Assembly (NCBI RefSeq): GCF_964213995.1
Contig: NC_135802.1
Coordinates: 90,520,001 to 90,584,000 of the forward strand
Length of the DNA stretch: 64,000 nt
Reading direction: 5' to 3'
Origin: Mustelus asterias
Lineage: Eukaryota
A program made the translations under genes and the position numbers. Shown here one piece after another: positions 1 through 12,124 of this stretch. A model generated the notes under the pieces. That model had not been told where the DNA came from. It saw nothing but the letters and a program-made list of their open reading frames with translations, and searched no databases. Position 1 is the stretch's first letter, and each line of letters begins with the position of its first letter.

Positions 1-649
1 CATTTGCATTAATTTGCATCTCATGAATGCTTATTAAAACAGCTGCTTATCGGAATCAACCCGTGCCTTCCAATCTTGCGTCATACCGGCAGGAAATCAC
101 ATCAGCCTCGTACTCATTTGTAAAAGAGTGGCATGCACAAGGCAAACCTCAATTTGCTTGAGAATTTGAGATGAGTGTATCATACATAGCCTACCTGCCA
201 ATAGTGCTACGCTACACCACTCCTGCTGTGCTGAACACCACTCTGCTGGAGAAGACCGGTTCATGCCTTTAGACTCCAAACCGAGCTTGCCTTTATGGAT
301 AGCGCTGTGCTACTGAACTCATGGATCCTCCCCTTTCAGCAACTCGGATCAATGCGGTGACCGGAGTTGGGGCGTGCAAGGGTCTTCGTCTCCCAGTGAC
401 TGGCACCATTGTCTGTCTGAACGACACTGTGTTGCAGGATTCATTCGGCTTCCTCCTCAGCCGACCAAAGTTTCACCATGGGTGGGTTGCAAGATGAGGG
501 TGGAGCTGATGAAAATAAGGGGGCAATAGGGAAGGAGGGTTGTGCAAGGGTGGGGGGGAGGCAGGAGGGCAAACACAGGGGGAGTAATGGAGAAATGCCC
601 AGCACTGTACATAGACATAACAATAGAGGATTCCGCCCTTAATCTTCCT

Positions 650-1325
650 CCAGTTTAGAAAACAGCCATACTGTTTCCTATCAGTCAGCCAATTTTATTT
701 CAATGTCACCACCTTTCCTTTCATTCCATAGCTTCAACTTTGCTGGTAAGCCTATTATGCAGTACTTTATCAAAAACATCGTCTCTTTGCACAGTGATTA
801 TCAAACACCTTTCTGAAATTTATTTACAGCACAGCAATTGCATTACCCTCATCAATGGTCTTTGTTACCTAATCAGAAAACGCGATCAAATGAGTTAAAC
901 ACAATTTCTCTTTACAAATGTGTGTGGCCTTCACTATTTAGTCCACACTTGTTCAAGTGATGGTGAATTGTGTCCTGAATTCTCGTTTCTAAAAGTTTTC
1001 CCATCACTGAAGTTAAACTGATCCAACTCACTGACCTGTGTTTAAGTTGTTACCCTTTTTTAAACAAGAGTGTAACATTTGCAGTTCTCGAGTCCTCTGG
1101 CACTACCCTCATTCTAAGGAGGAATGGAAGATTATGGGCAATGCTTCCATCTTTCCTCCCTCAGCATCCTTGGACGTATCCCATCTGGTTCCGATGACTT
1201 ATCAACCTTAAGTACAACCAACCTTTTGAATACTTTCTCTCTGTCAATTTTTACTTTCTCCAGTGTCTCAACAACCTTCTTTTTTCACTGTGAGTTTGGC
1301 TTATCTCTTCCTTGGTTTCATGGAG
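650..1325 (-). mobile_element. Old CR1 LINE RT fragment
   Basis: Degenerate similarity to the CR1 copy at 15300-15900. Confidence 0.7.
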
Positions 1326-1347
1326 CGATATTGAAGAGTGACACAAT

Positions 1348-1471
1348 GGACAGGATTCTACGGCCTCGCTCGGGCGAGACCAGAAATTCCCGCTGAGGCC
1401 AACGGAGATTTCCATTCTTGAACCCTCGCCCGTTCTGATTCTGTAGTGGGTGAGGTGGTAGAGTTCCGGCC
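1348..1471. mobile_element. Harbinger/PIF-type MITE
   Basis: Imperfect TIR ggacaggattctac / gtagagttccggcc; 3-bp TSD AAT on both sides. Confidence 0.7.
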
Positions 1472-2879
1472 AATATACTCAGAGATCTCTGCTCAGACCT
1501 AGTCTAATGTTTTGAAACTACAGGCAAACAGAATGGTAGATGCAGTTAATTATCTTGTAACTTGAAGAGATTTTGTTAACTGGCCTCTGGAGTATTACAA
1601 CTGCCTTCTGATAATAAATGGCTTTCAGCTCAAGGTAATAAGCAAGCGATCAATCATTGCATAAAGCTTTTTTGAACAATCACACAAATTGAAAACAAGC
1701 CAGTTCTTCCCTGAGCACAGCTCCATTAGGCATGAATGCAATACTGGGGCCAAGACGAGAATCTAACTGAAATTAGCTCCTCTAATGAGGCTGATTTACA
1801 ACTAAGTTGTAATCAGTTCAGTTCATATTTTTTAGCAAACATCAGCAGTCATGGTTTTGTAAATAAACTGAAACAATGCTGAGAACAGACTTCTGACCAT
1901 GGCTGCAGTTTTGGCTTTTAATTTGCTTGCCATACCCCCAAATAGTGGGAAAATTTGAGTTAAGTGGTGGTTTTCCTATAAATCAAGTACAATATTTGCC
2001 ATAAATATGATTCTTAGATGAACAATGCACATTTACGTCCTTTTTCAATTTATTGATTATGATTCCACTCATGGCTTGGTGGATAAAAGCAATGTCAAGC
2101 AGACACACTACGAAAGTCTATAGTTCATCCTTACACTTAAACATGTAATATTGTTCCAAAATAGCATTGAAATTGGCTGTAAAGTACTTCGAGACATCCA
2201 GGTGTCGTGAAAAGGTTGATAGGAATGTTCGTCTTTCTTATATCTTTATTTACTGAGTTAGCTGAATACTGCTAGAACCTGTTGCAATATGCTGTTAAAG
2301 GAAGTGTGTCATGCCATATCAGCTAAGTTAAGGTGTACTGACTATCAGCCAAAACACCCATTCTTGATCATGATCCAGTGACCTTGCTGGAAAGTAGGAG
2401 TATGAACATGAAGTGAGAAGAGTATCGCAATGAAGCCCTTGCAGGTGTAGATGATCACTGGATTAACCAGCCTGTCCATATTCATTGTATAGGATCACAG
2501 GATAGAATGGTTTGTTCTGATTCATTGTAAAGGATCACATGCAAAGAATAGCCACATAAATGAAGTCCTGGAAGGCTGCTGATTTTCAATCAACTGTACC
2601 CTGACATGAATCATCAGCTACCTCAATATAAGTCAACATCTCTATGTAGAGGTGAAAGTAAAAATTTGAAAAATGAATACTGACATTTGTACGGGGGGTG
2701 GACATATAATTTCCCTGAGCTATTCATTCCAGAATTCTATCGTGAGTTCAGAAGTGAAGGATAATCATTGTTGTAATTCCTTGGCTTTTTGCTGCTCAGC
2801 TATTGGCTTTGTGAATAATTCAAATTCTGTACCTTGTAATCTTGTCACATTGTAAGAATTTGCTGTTTAATGTGATTCA

Positions 2880-3860
2880 CATCCAGAAGATAACAGGACA
2901 AGCTGATAAGGCTGATTTCATTTGGAATCCTTTGCTTTATAACTAGAGACAAAATGCAAAAGCAAATAAGTTATGGTAAAACTTTATAAATCACAAATAA
3001 TACCTCAGCTGGAGCACTTTGTCCAGTTCTGAACACATACTATAGGAAGAATGTCAAGGGAGTGGAGAAGGTGTAGAATCAGTTTACTACTACTCAGTAC
3101 CAGTAATGAGGCAGTTCATGAGGCTTCCATTCATCATGCAAACCAGCCTCCCATCCATTGACTCTGTCTACACTTCCCACTGACTTGACAAAGCAGCCCG
3201 CATAATTAAGAACCCTACGCACCCCGGACATTCTCTCTTCCATCTTCTTCCATGGGGAAAAAGATACAAAAGTCTGAGGTCATGTACCAACCGATTCAAA
3301 AACAGCTTCTTCCCTGCTGCCACCAGACTTTTGAATGGACTTACCTTGCATTAAGTTGATCTTTCTCTACACCCTAGCTATAACTGTAACACTGCATTCT
3401 GCACTCTCTCGTTTCCTTCTCTATGAATGGTATGATTTGTCTGTATAGCATGCAAGAAACAATACTTTTCACTGTATATTAATACATGTGAGAATAAATC
3501 AAATCAAGTTATGTGTTTGGAGATACTAGAGAAGCTAGGGATTATTTTCCTTCGAGCAGATAAGGTTAAGGGGAAATTCAATGAATATGTTCAACATTAT
3601 GAAGGTACAGGTTTAAGATAAATAGCAAAAAATCCAGAGGGACAATGTGGAAAAATCTTTTGCAGCAAGGTGTTATGATCTGGAATATTGCCTGAAAGGG
3701 TGGTGGAAGCAGATTTAATAATGACGATCAAAAGGAAATTGGATATATATTGGAGAAAGAAAATAACTGCAAGGCTATAAGGAAAGAATAGGGGTGGTGG
3801 AGAGGTGGGGGGGCACAGGGGGAGTAAGAGTCATTGGAGAACTCATTCAAAGAGCTAGCA
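2880..3860 (+). mobile_element. Old CR1 3' fragment (interrupted)
   Basis: RPQLEH/FTT..P.M and 3' UTR similarity; split by a Rex1 insertion. Confidence 0.7.
3120..3507 (+). mobile_element. Rex1/Babar LINE 3' end
   Basis: Encodes SLPSIDSVYTSH*..KAARIIKNPTHPGHSLFHLLPWGKRYKSLRSCTNRFKNSFFPAATRLLN; AATAAA plus (aatca)n tail. Confidence 0.8.
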
Positions 3861-3867
3861 TAGGCAT

Positions 3868-4212
3868 GATGGTGGTGCAGTGGGAATGTCACAAAGCTAG
3901 TGATCCTGAGACCCAGGGAATGGTTTCAAATCACACCATGGTACCTGGTGGAATTTAAATGTACGAAATCTTGAATTTAAAGCTAGTCTCAGTAATGGTG
4001 ACTGAAACCATCATCGATTCTCAAAAAAGTCATCTGGTTCACTTGTGCCCTGCCTTATGGGAAGCAAGTCTGCCACCCTTACCTGGTTTGGCCTGGATGC
4101 ACAGCAATGTGGTTGTCCTTTAACTGCCCTCTATCAGTGCTCTAGCAAGCCACTTGGTTCAAGAGAAATTGGGGATGGACAAATGCAGTGAAGCACACAT
4201 CCCATAAATAAA
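3868..4212 (+). mobile_element. tRNA-derived SINE with CR1-group tail
   Basis: A/B-box-like head; tail (gggatggacaaatgc...cacatcccataaataaa) matches the 3' end of the LINE at 29780; second copy at 45985-46345. Confidence 0.7.
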
Positions 4213-4492
4213 GAGATTCTATGATTCTACAAAGCAAGTGAAATTACAGTTCTTATTAACTTGTTGCCCAATAGGACCATGAAAAATAACATTTAGAAGA
4301 GAAATCTAAACTAAATTTTCATTCAGCCATCGCAGTCCATAACTCATCACTCCAAGAAAAGATAAATTTAACAGATAAAACATAATGCCATAATCATTAA
4401 TCATATTCTCAATACATTGTCTGCTACTTGTTTTTAGGACAACTTTCAATGAAGCTTTTGTGTCAACCAGAATATATAAATGCACTATACTA

Positions 4493-4507
4493 CAGTGCCC
4501 CCTGGAG
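4493..4507 (-). promoter_or_regulatory. Candidate CTCF motif
   Basis: Reverse complement CTCCAGGGGGCACTG in unique sequence. Confidence 0.4.
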
Positions 4508-4579
4508 TGCTTTATTTGAAGTAATTTTCAGAGGGCATAAAGTCAGAAATAAAGGTAGAATTCACATTCCAAATCTCAT

Positions 4580-4950
4580 TTTATTCACATTTCATCTGAT
4601 TATCAAACACTAATTGAACTCAAGAGATACCCAATAGTCGACTAAAGGCAGCTGAGATTATTTTTGATTTCAGCAAAGTAGTATTCAGAGTTGTTTCAAT
4701 TGTGTGACAGAAGTGGAGATGTAAGCTGAACTGAATTCAGCTGTTCCAAAATGAAAGTGAGCTTGATTTATCCAGTTTGCTGTGATTCACTAAATAACAC
4801 AATTTGGTTCGGGTAGTGGAACCATGTTTAAAAAACGCAACTCATTCGGGAAATTACAAACTGTCCCGTTATGTATGTGCCAACAATTCGCCAGCTCCGC
4901 TGCTGATATAGGAAGACAAAGCACACATCACCATTATCTTTTATTGACAC
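4580..4950 (-). pseudogene. Possible terminal pseudo-exon(s), R2 domain
   Basis: Acceptor near 4741; ETTLNTTLLK vs +TTLEDVF+K; AATAAA on the minus strand near 4580-4585. Weak. Confidence 0.3.
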
Positions 4951-5094
4951 GGCTATCACAAATGTAATCTGGCTTCCTTTTCTCTCCTTACATTTTTGGA
5001 ATCATGTGGTATTCTTTGATCAAGAGGGCAGTTAAAGAAAGAGGAAATGCACATTTGTATGGTGCCCATCATTTTTAAAAATTCTTCCCTGGGA

Positions 5095-5262
5095 TCTAAG
5101 CAGTCACAAATGGTGCTGACCATTGTGCAATCATGAGCAAACATCCTCACTTCTGACCTTATGGTGGAGGGGAAGTCATTGATGAAGCAACTCAAGTTGG
5201 TGGTGCCTAAGGCACCACCCTGAGGAACTCCTGCAGCAACACCCTGGGATTGAAATGATTGA
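5095..5262 (-). mobile_element. CR1-group LINE RT fragment
   Basis: Similar to 30640-30800 (MFAHD = MFADD). Confidence 0.7.
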
Positions 5263-5564
5263 AGTTGGACACTGTGAGGAATTGGATCATAAACTAGGTT
5301 GGTGAGGAACGTTGGAGAGGAAGAACAGTGATGCCCAAAGTCAATGGAGAAAATTGAAGTTCAAGATCTGTAACAGGTGAGAGTTGACTGGGATTTGCAC
5401 AGAATATGAAGAGACAATAGACAGTTGAGAAAGCCAGAGTAACAAATGAATCAGAGCAGCTTAGATAGCAGAAAAGACAGACAGGCTGGTCAGTAAGAGC
5501 GGGAGAGAAATCTAAACAGAAGCAAAGGCATCAATAATTCGAGCAGTAAAGGGCCTTGAAAAGA

Positions 5565-5885
5565 TTCACAGGATCCCTACAGTGCAGAAGAAGGACATTC
5601 AGCCCATCAACTCTGCATCGACCACAATCCCACCCAGGCCCTATCCCCATAACCCCACATATTTACCCTGCTAATCCCCCTGACCCTAGGGTCAATTTAG
5701 CATGGCCAATTAACCTAATCCACACATCTTTGGACCGCGGGAGGAAACCAGAGCACCTGGAGGAAACCCACCCAGACATGGGGAGAATGTTCAGACTCCG
5801 CACAGACAGTAATCCGAGGCCAGAATTGATCCTGGGTCCCTGGCGCTGTGAGGCAGCAGTGCTAACCACTGTGCCACCGTGCCAC
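5565..5885 (-). mobile_element. HE1-type SINE
   Basis: rc ggcacggtggcacagtggttagcactgctgcctcacagcgccaggg head, V-domain-like body, CR1-like tail. Confidence 0.9.
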
Positions 5886-6141
5886 TCCTTTTCATCATCA
5901 AATCTTGAATATCTTGCAATGAAAAAGCAGAGGGTTTAACGCAGCGAATGTGGCAAAACCTGTGGGATTGGCATATTGAACCAGGTTGCAACACACGGCA
6001 AACTGAAATTGATGATTGGTGAGACCCATTATTAATCAGGCACTTTAGACAAATATGCCATATTCTCAAAAAAAATCACAATTTCAACCCGAAATTAGGT
6101 CAACCCACAAATTAGGCTGATAGAATGCAAAGTTTACTCAC

Positions 6142-6250
6142 GTTCATTGTCAGTTGATAGTCTAACGCTGTCCACTTTTCTTCTGCGGGTAATTTAAGGA
6201 TTAGCAAAGCACACACCTTTGTATAAGAGCTCAAAGAAACTTCTTTTGTT
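6142..6250 (-). pseudogene. Pseudo-exon, end of NBD2
   Basis: catttag|...aac|gtgagt; KGVCFANP* then (frameshift) DYQLTMN vs G.L.C+GNP..LK.R+G..Y.LT+. Confidence 0.55.
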
Positions 6251-7211
6251 CTAAATGATAAGTTTGAAAAAGACAGGCAGTTTATGTAGAAGTGAATACT
6301 TCTCCCACATTTGGAGGCAATTACCTTTGCCTTAGATCACTTCAGTGCCTGAGGTACTGGAATCCTTCCAGGAGATTTAAACTTGCTAATAAAATGTCGA
6401 AGCTGGAAATGCAAGTTAGGTCTTAGAAAACTGAGTTTGTAAAACTGCAAGATCCAACAGGCCTGTTAAATGAAAGAATTGTTTAATTTGAATTTATTAT
6501 TATGTTCTCATAATTGTAAATTATCACAGGATGGCACCTGAGCCAGCTTGCATTGCCTAAATGGGAACTCTATACATCATAAAACCTTCCACATCGTGTC
6601 ACATTGTTTACACAAGAGTATGTTTCCTTTCCACCTCTGGCATGTTACACTTTCTTATATTATGCCAAGAAATGTTTGGAGTAGCAACAAAGTGAAGAGA
6701 ATCAACAACACGGAGAAATGCAGATCTAGTCAAAACAGCTTATTTATATTCGAGGCACTAAAGGAGACAAGGTTCATTAGATAGATATGGATGAGGAAGG
6801 CTATTCAACCTATCTTGATTCCAAGTTGCAGAAAGGTTATAGCCCCCTCGCTCCCCCAATGCAGAAAGCAATTGATTCCTCTACTACTATATCTGGAATC
6901 TATTTCACATGTTAATCACTCTGTATGAAGGAGATTCTTTCGTTAGCTATCCTAAAGCTATTTCTCAGTTGGCTAGATACAGAATTACACCAATGGTGTG
7001 GCTTCAATCCCCATACCGGCTGTGTTAATTCATGGAGCACTGCCTCTTTGCCTTGTCCTGTGCTTGGATTCAAATGTGCCCCTCAAGTTATGTAGCCATC
7101 TCCAAGAGAGAGAGAGATACCTATGGTGGCTCATGGATGATAGCTAATTACCTTATCTGAAAATTCACCTTCAGTGGCTTGATCATGTGTCTTCTTGTGC
7201 CACACCCAAAC

Positions 7212-8112
7212 TACATCAATGATTTGGATGGGAGGACCAAATGTAATATTTCCAACTTTGTGGATGACACAAAATTAAGTGGGAATGTGTGTCATGAGAA
7301 GGATGCAGAAAGGTTTCAAGGGGATTTGAATAGGCTTAATGAATGGGCAAGAATATGACAGTTGGAATGTAATGCGAATAAGTATCAGGAGGAATGGAAG
7401 TGCAGAGTATTTCTGAAATGGTGAGAGATTGAAAGGTGTTGATATCCAAAAGTACCTGGATGTACTTGTGCATATGTCACTGAAAGCTAAGATGAGGATG
7501 CTGCAAGCAATGAGGAAGGAAAATTGTATGTTGGCCTTCATTGTAGGAAGATTTGAATGCAATAGTAAATATAGCTTGCTTCAATTGTATGGAACCTCAA
7601 TTAGACCACACCTGGAGTACTGACTATAGTTTTGGTCCTCTTACCTAAGGAAGGATATACTTGCCATAGAAGGAGGGCAGTGGATGTTCACCAGACTGAT
7701 CCCTTAGATGGCAGGACTAACCTCTGAGGAGAGATTGAGGAGACAGGGTCTGTGTTCTCCAGAGTTCTGAAGAACGAGAGATGATCTAATTGAAACTCAC
7801 AAAATTCTTAAAAGGCTAGACAAGATGGATGCATTAGGAATATTTCCTCTGGCTGAGGGTCCAGGACCAGGGGACAGAGTCTCAGAATAAGGGGCAAGCT
7901 ATTTAGGACGGAGATAAGAAGGAGCTTCTTCATTCATAAGGTATCGAATCTTTGGAATTCTCTATCTCAGAGGGCTGTGAAAGTTTTGTCATTGAATACA
8001 ATCAAGATAGCACAGGAAAATGCCATTGAGATATAGGATCAGCCATGATCTAGTTGGAGAAACAGACTCAAGGGGTTGAATGGTTTACTCCTGCTCCTAT
8101 GTTCCTGTGTTC
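7212..8112 (+). mobile_element. CR1 3' fragment
   Basis: FVDDTKL, RPHLEY, 3' tail ctcctgctcctatgttcct. Confidence 0.85.
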
Positions 8113-9179
8113 CCACACCCACAGTTTAATTTAATGTTCAAGTTGAAGCTTTACTATATAACTATAACAACCTTATATACTACTGATGATCCACTCCCAA
8201 TAAAATCCTTTCCAGGCTGAGAAATATAATTTTCTCTGGTGTTTTCTCACAATTCAATCTTTTGACACTTTCTGCATTGCTTCCAGAACACTAAGGTCTT
8301 TTTGTTTCTAAGCAACCAAAACTAAACACACTATTCAGCATATGATCTGACTAGACTATGATAAAGTTTGGTCATTACCTCCTGTGAATGATACTGTACT
8401 GTTTTAATTAAGTAGTTTTATTGAAGTTATTGGTTGATTTGGTTGGCCATGTTTATGCCTGAGCCATAAAAGATTGTGATAAGGGTGACTATGGTGTATT
8501 AACTTTTCAAATTCTCTGAGGTTTTTGCAATATTTGGAAGGGTCACTCTCTACCATCCTCATGCAACATCACACTTCATTTCAGTCAGTGAGATTGCTTT
8601 CAGTGTTTCTATTTTTACCAGTTCAATCATAGCTAAAACATCTCCAGCTGTGACTTCACACCTCCTAAATCCCTCAAGTACTCAACCACGACCCCTCCTG
8701 TTTCTCAAAGCATTGTCTGCGGCCCAAGATGGTAGCATTCGCCTTTTAGTCACAAAGGGCAGGATTTAATGGTCACAGCCCAGAGACCATTCACTGGCTG
8801 GAGAAACACTGGCAACCCCACCGCAGCCATTTTATGGAGCCCCATTGAGGTTAAATCTCTGTCATATAGTCTGCTGGTTGCCGTTGAAAGTCCCTGGCTC
8901 CTACAGGAGGGATCTATCAGCCGAGCATCCGACTGACCCTGTCTATCCTCTCAACCACAAAGATCAATTGCTGCTGCCTCCATTACGTCAACTGCCCCTG
9001 CTCCTATCTCAGGATGTATGCCACACTAAAGCTGTTAGAGCCAGTAGTACAAACCACTTAGTCCCCCAAGAATATCATTGGTGCATAACATTAACAAATT
9101 TTTGAAATGATCAAAGTTAAGGGATAGGTCAGTAGAAATGCTGTGGCATTTGTGGCAACCATCTTCATCTAAAAGTGAC

Positions 9180-9512
9180 AAATACATGTTCCATTTTGGC
9201 CTACTCCTAAGGTCCCCACCATCATAGAAGCCACTCATCAGCTAATTCAATTCACTCCATCTGATAACAAGAATCTTCTGAGAGCATTGGATACAGAAAT
9301 GCACCCCAACAACATTCCAACTGTAGTACCGAAGACTTGTGCTCCTGAACAAGCCACGTCACTAGCGAAGTCGTTCCAGTACAGTTACAACACTGACATC
9401 TGCACAATAAAGTGGAAAATTGCCCAGGTATGTCCTGTCCATGAAAAGCATGCCAAAACCAATCCAGCCAATTACTGCCCCATCAGTCCACTCTTGATCA
9501 TCAGCAAAGTGA
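9180..9512 (+). mobile_element. CR1-group LINE RT fragment
   Basis: WKIAQVCPVHEK...NPANYCPIS (ORF 9287). Confidence 0.8.
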
Positions 9513-10068
9513 AAGAACTGTGTGAGAGTGAGTGGTGGCTTACCTGCATTTTCTGTCATTTAATTAAAGGTTTTTTTCAAATATGGCTTAAGGCATCCTT
9601 CCATTATTTACCTTGTACAGTAGCCAAGCGTTTTCTGCCCACCACCCTTAATTGGACAGAGAACCTGTGTCCAGGCCAATTAAGCATTCACCCACATCAA
9701 AATTTGGACTTTAATTAGCTTCCTGCCCAAGGCTGGTTTGGGGCCTGAAGACAGTCCCAGTTCCTATTTCCCCCCTTGGTGAGGAAACTTTCGTCCTGCA
9801 AGTACAAGCCTGATCAGTCAACATTGATTCAGATTCAACACAGCACCCTGATCTTGAGTACTTTTAGTTGGTTTCTCAAAAACAGCAGATCCCTATTTAT
9901 GAATATGCACACCAGATGTCTCAGATCAGAATCCAAGTTGAAACTGTAAAACAGGTTCATTTAAAAAGGAATAAACCTATGTAAAGTGCAACAGTTCTAA
10001 AAAGCAGCTATTGCAATAGCAAGTAATATTTTACATGCTGATATGATTTTCAGAAAACATTTTCTTAC

Positions 10069-10223
10069 TTTTCTTCCTGAAGAATCTGCCCTGATCTGAT
10101 TTCCTCCATCTAGATTCTCATGACTGCTTTTCACTGGAACTCTTCCTTCTTCAGCTATGCATTCTCTCACTGCAGAAAGTGCACTTCGATGGTGTCTGAC
10201 TGCTACAGTGCTCCACTTGGTGG
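10069..10223 (-). pseudogene. Pseudo-exon, NBD2 D-loop/H-loop
   Basis: ttttttactcag|...aaa|gtaaga; AVRECIAEEGRVPVKSSH vs I+....EGRSVVLTSH. Confidence 0.65.
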
Positions 10224-10498
10224 CTGAGTAAAAAAATTGACAAAACTCACCAAGTGAAGGCAACCAGATTTCTGGGCTAGGCTTTGATTTCAGTTGAAAA
10301 GCTTTTGGTGCTCCGGCCAACACCATCGCATCCTCCTCCCATCCGAGGTCCCCTTTTTCCCTGGTGCTCTCCTGTCGGCCATGCTGCCATGCCTCTGAAG
10401 CTTTACTCCAATGGTGAACTCCCTAAAAGGAGTTCCCTCTGTACCTGTGATGAGCTCTAAATCAAAACAAATAGTTCATATTAACTATGGAGTTCGTG

Positions 10499-10820
10499 GA
10501 ATCACAGAAACTCTACAGTGCAGAAGGAGGCCATTCGGCCCATTGAGTATACACCGACCACAATCCCACCCAGGCCCTATTCTCTTAACCCTCATATTTA
10601 CCCTGCTAATTCCCCTGACACTAAGGGGCAATTTGGCATGGCCAATCAACCTAACCCGCACATCTTTGGACTGTGGGAGGAACCCGGAGCACCCGGAGAA
10701 AACCCACGCAGACAAGGGGAGAACATGCAAACTCCACACAGACAGTGACCTGAGGCCGGAATTGAACCCAGGTCCCTGGCGCTGTGAGGCAGCAGTGCTA
10801 ACCGCTGTGCCACCATGCGC
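10499..10820 (-). mobile_element. HE1-type SINE
   Basis: Full-length copy, as 5565-5885. Confidence 0.9.
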
Positions 10821-11009
10821 CATTGAAAGTGCCAGTGTAAATCTCACCCAATCTGACCCTGACCACTTACTCGGTACATAGGGAAATCTAGCTTTGATGT
10901 TTTTTTTCTTGATATTAGCACATTTCCCCTCCACCAGCCAACCCTCCCCTCCCCACCCTGACCCCTCACCAAAATACACAAATAGAATTTTAAACCAAAT
11001 GGAAAAGGC

Positions 11010-11440
11010 CAGAAATTTCACAGAAATTTTGCAACAGGGCGCCCATTCAGCCCATCATGTCTGCAACCTGCTCTCTGAACGAACAACTAACTAAGTGCCA
11101 TTCTCCCACCTTCTTCCCATAACCCGCACATTCTTCCTTGTAAATAACAATCTAATTCCCTTTTGGATGCCTGGATTGAACCTACCTCCACCACACTGTC
11201 CGACAGTGCATCCTGTAACCATTCGCTGCATGAACAAGTATTTCTTAGATTTCTTTTGCTTCTTTTTCCAAGTCTGTGCCTCCTCCGTTCTTGATCCTTT
11301 CATGACGGGAACAGTTTCACCCCACCTACTCTCTCCAGACCCCTCATGATTTTGAACACCTCTAACAAATCTCTTAGCCTTCTCTTTGCCAAAGAAAACA
11401 GTCCTAACTTCTCCAATCTATCTTCATATCTGAGGTTTTA
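11010..11440 (-). mobile_element. CR1 3' end
   Basis: CR1 3' ORF end/UTR similarity. Confidence 0.7.
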
Positions 11441-11469
11441 TTTCTATCTGACCAGCATTTTGACAAGGA

Positions 11470-11750
11470 GGGGCTGTGGGGCGTCAAGTGGTTAGCACTG
11501 CCACCTCACAGCGCCAGGGACCTGGGTTCGATTTTCGGCTTGGGTCACTGTCTGTGTGAAGTTTGCATGTTCTCCCCGTGTCTGCGTGGGTTTCCTCCGG
11601 GTGCTCCGGTTTCCTCCCACAGTCTGAAAGATGTGCTGGTTAGATGCATTGACCCAAACAGGCGCCGGAGTGTGGCGACTAGGGGGATTACACAGTAACC
11701 TCATTGCAGTGTTAATGTGAGCCTTACTTGTGACTAATAAATTAACTTTA
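11470..11750 (+). mobile_element. HE1-headed SINE with alternative tail
   Basis: Same head as HE1; tail cagtaacctcattgcagtgttaatgtgagccttacttgtgactaataaa. Confidence 0.85.
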
Positions 11751-11751
11751 A

Positions 11752-12112
11752 AGGTTCTTTAATTTGAGGCAGGATTTCTGGGTTCCTGCCTGGCTCACAA
11801 AGCAATGGAAATTTTTGATTGCACAAGCAGCCATTACTGTGCACTTAGCCTCCTGACAGCAATTTGACGGCATTTATAGGAATCTTCATGGAATACCTTG
11901 GAAATCCACCAGATATACTACTGATGAAAAGTTTCAAAACCTCTCAATTGTTGACAGAAAAATATTCTAAATGCTAACAACTGTGAGAGAGGAGAGGCAG
12001 ACAGGAAGAGTGGGATAGATTTCTTGGCTTTTGGTGGTATGGTACCAGTTCTGCTGAAAATCAATGGGCTTTTGGCTGGCTTGCTACAACCCCTGTCCCC
12101 GAAAAGCTCGAC
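11752..12112 (-). pseudogene. Pseudo-exon, NBD2 ABC signature
   Basis: Acceptor cttcccatccacag; AVKLLSGG* (LSGG at 11848-11859), KISIAL (other frame) and NPEILPQIKEP vs LSGGMKRRLSIAIALIGNP.I+.LDEP. Confidence 0.7.
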
Positions 12113-12124
12113 CTGTGGATGGGA

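Noticed and set aside
1-20. Two ATTTGCAT octamers suggesting an Ig or snRNA promoter
   Set aside because: No leader/V exon, RSS or snRNA follows; the surrounding sequence looks like a decayed DNA transposon.
5556-5939. Recurrent ORFs such as GPWRCEAAVLTTVPP / SLHVLPVSAWVSSGCSGFLPQ
   Set aside because: Translations of HE1-type SINEs, repeated at many loci.
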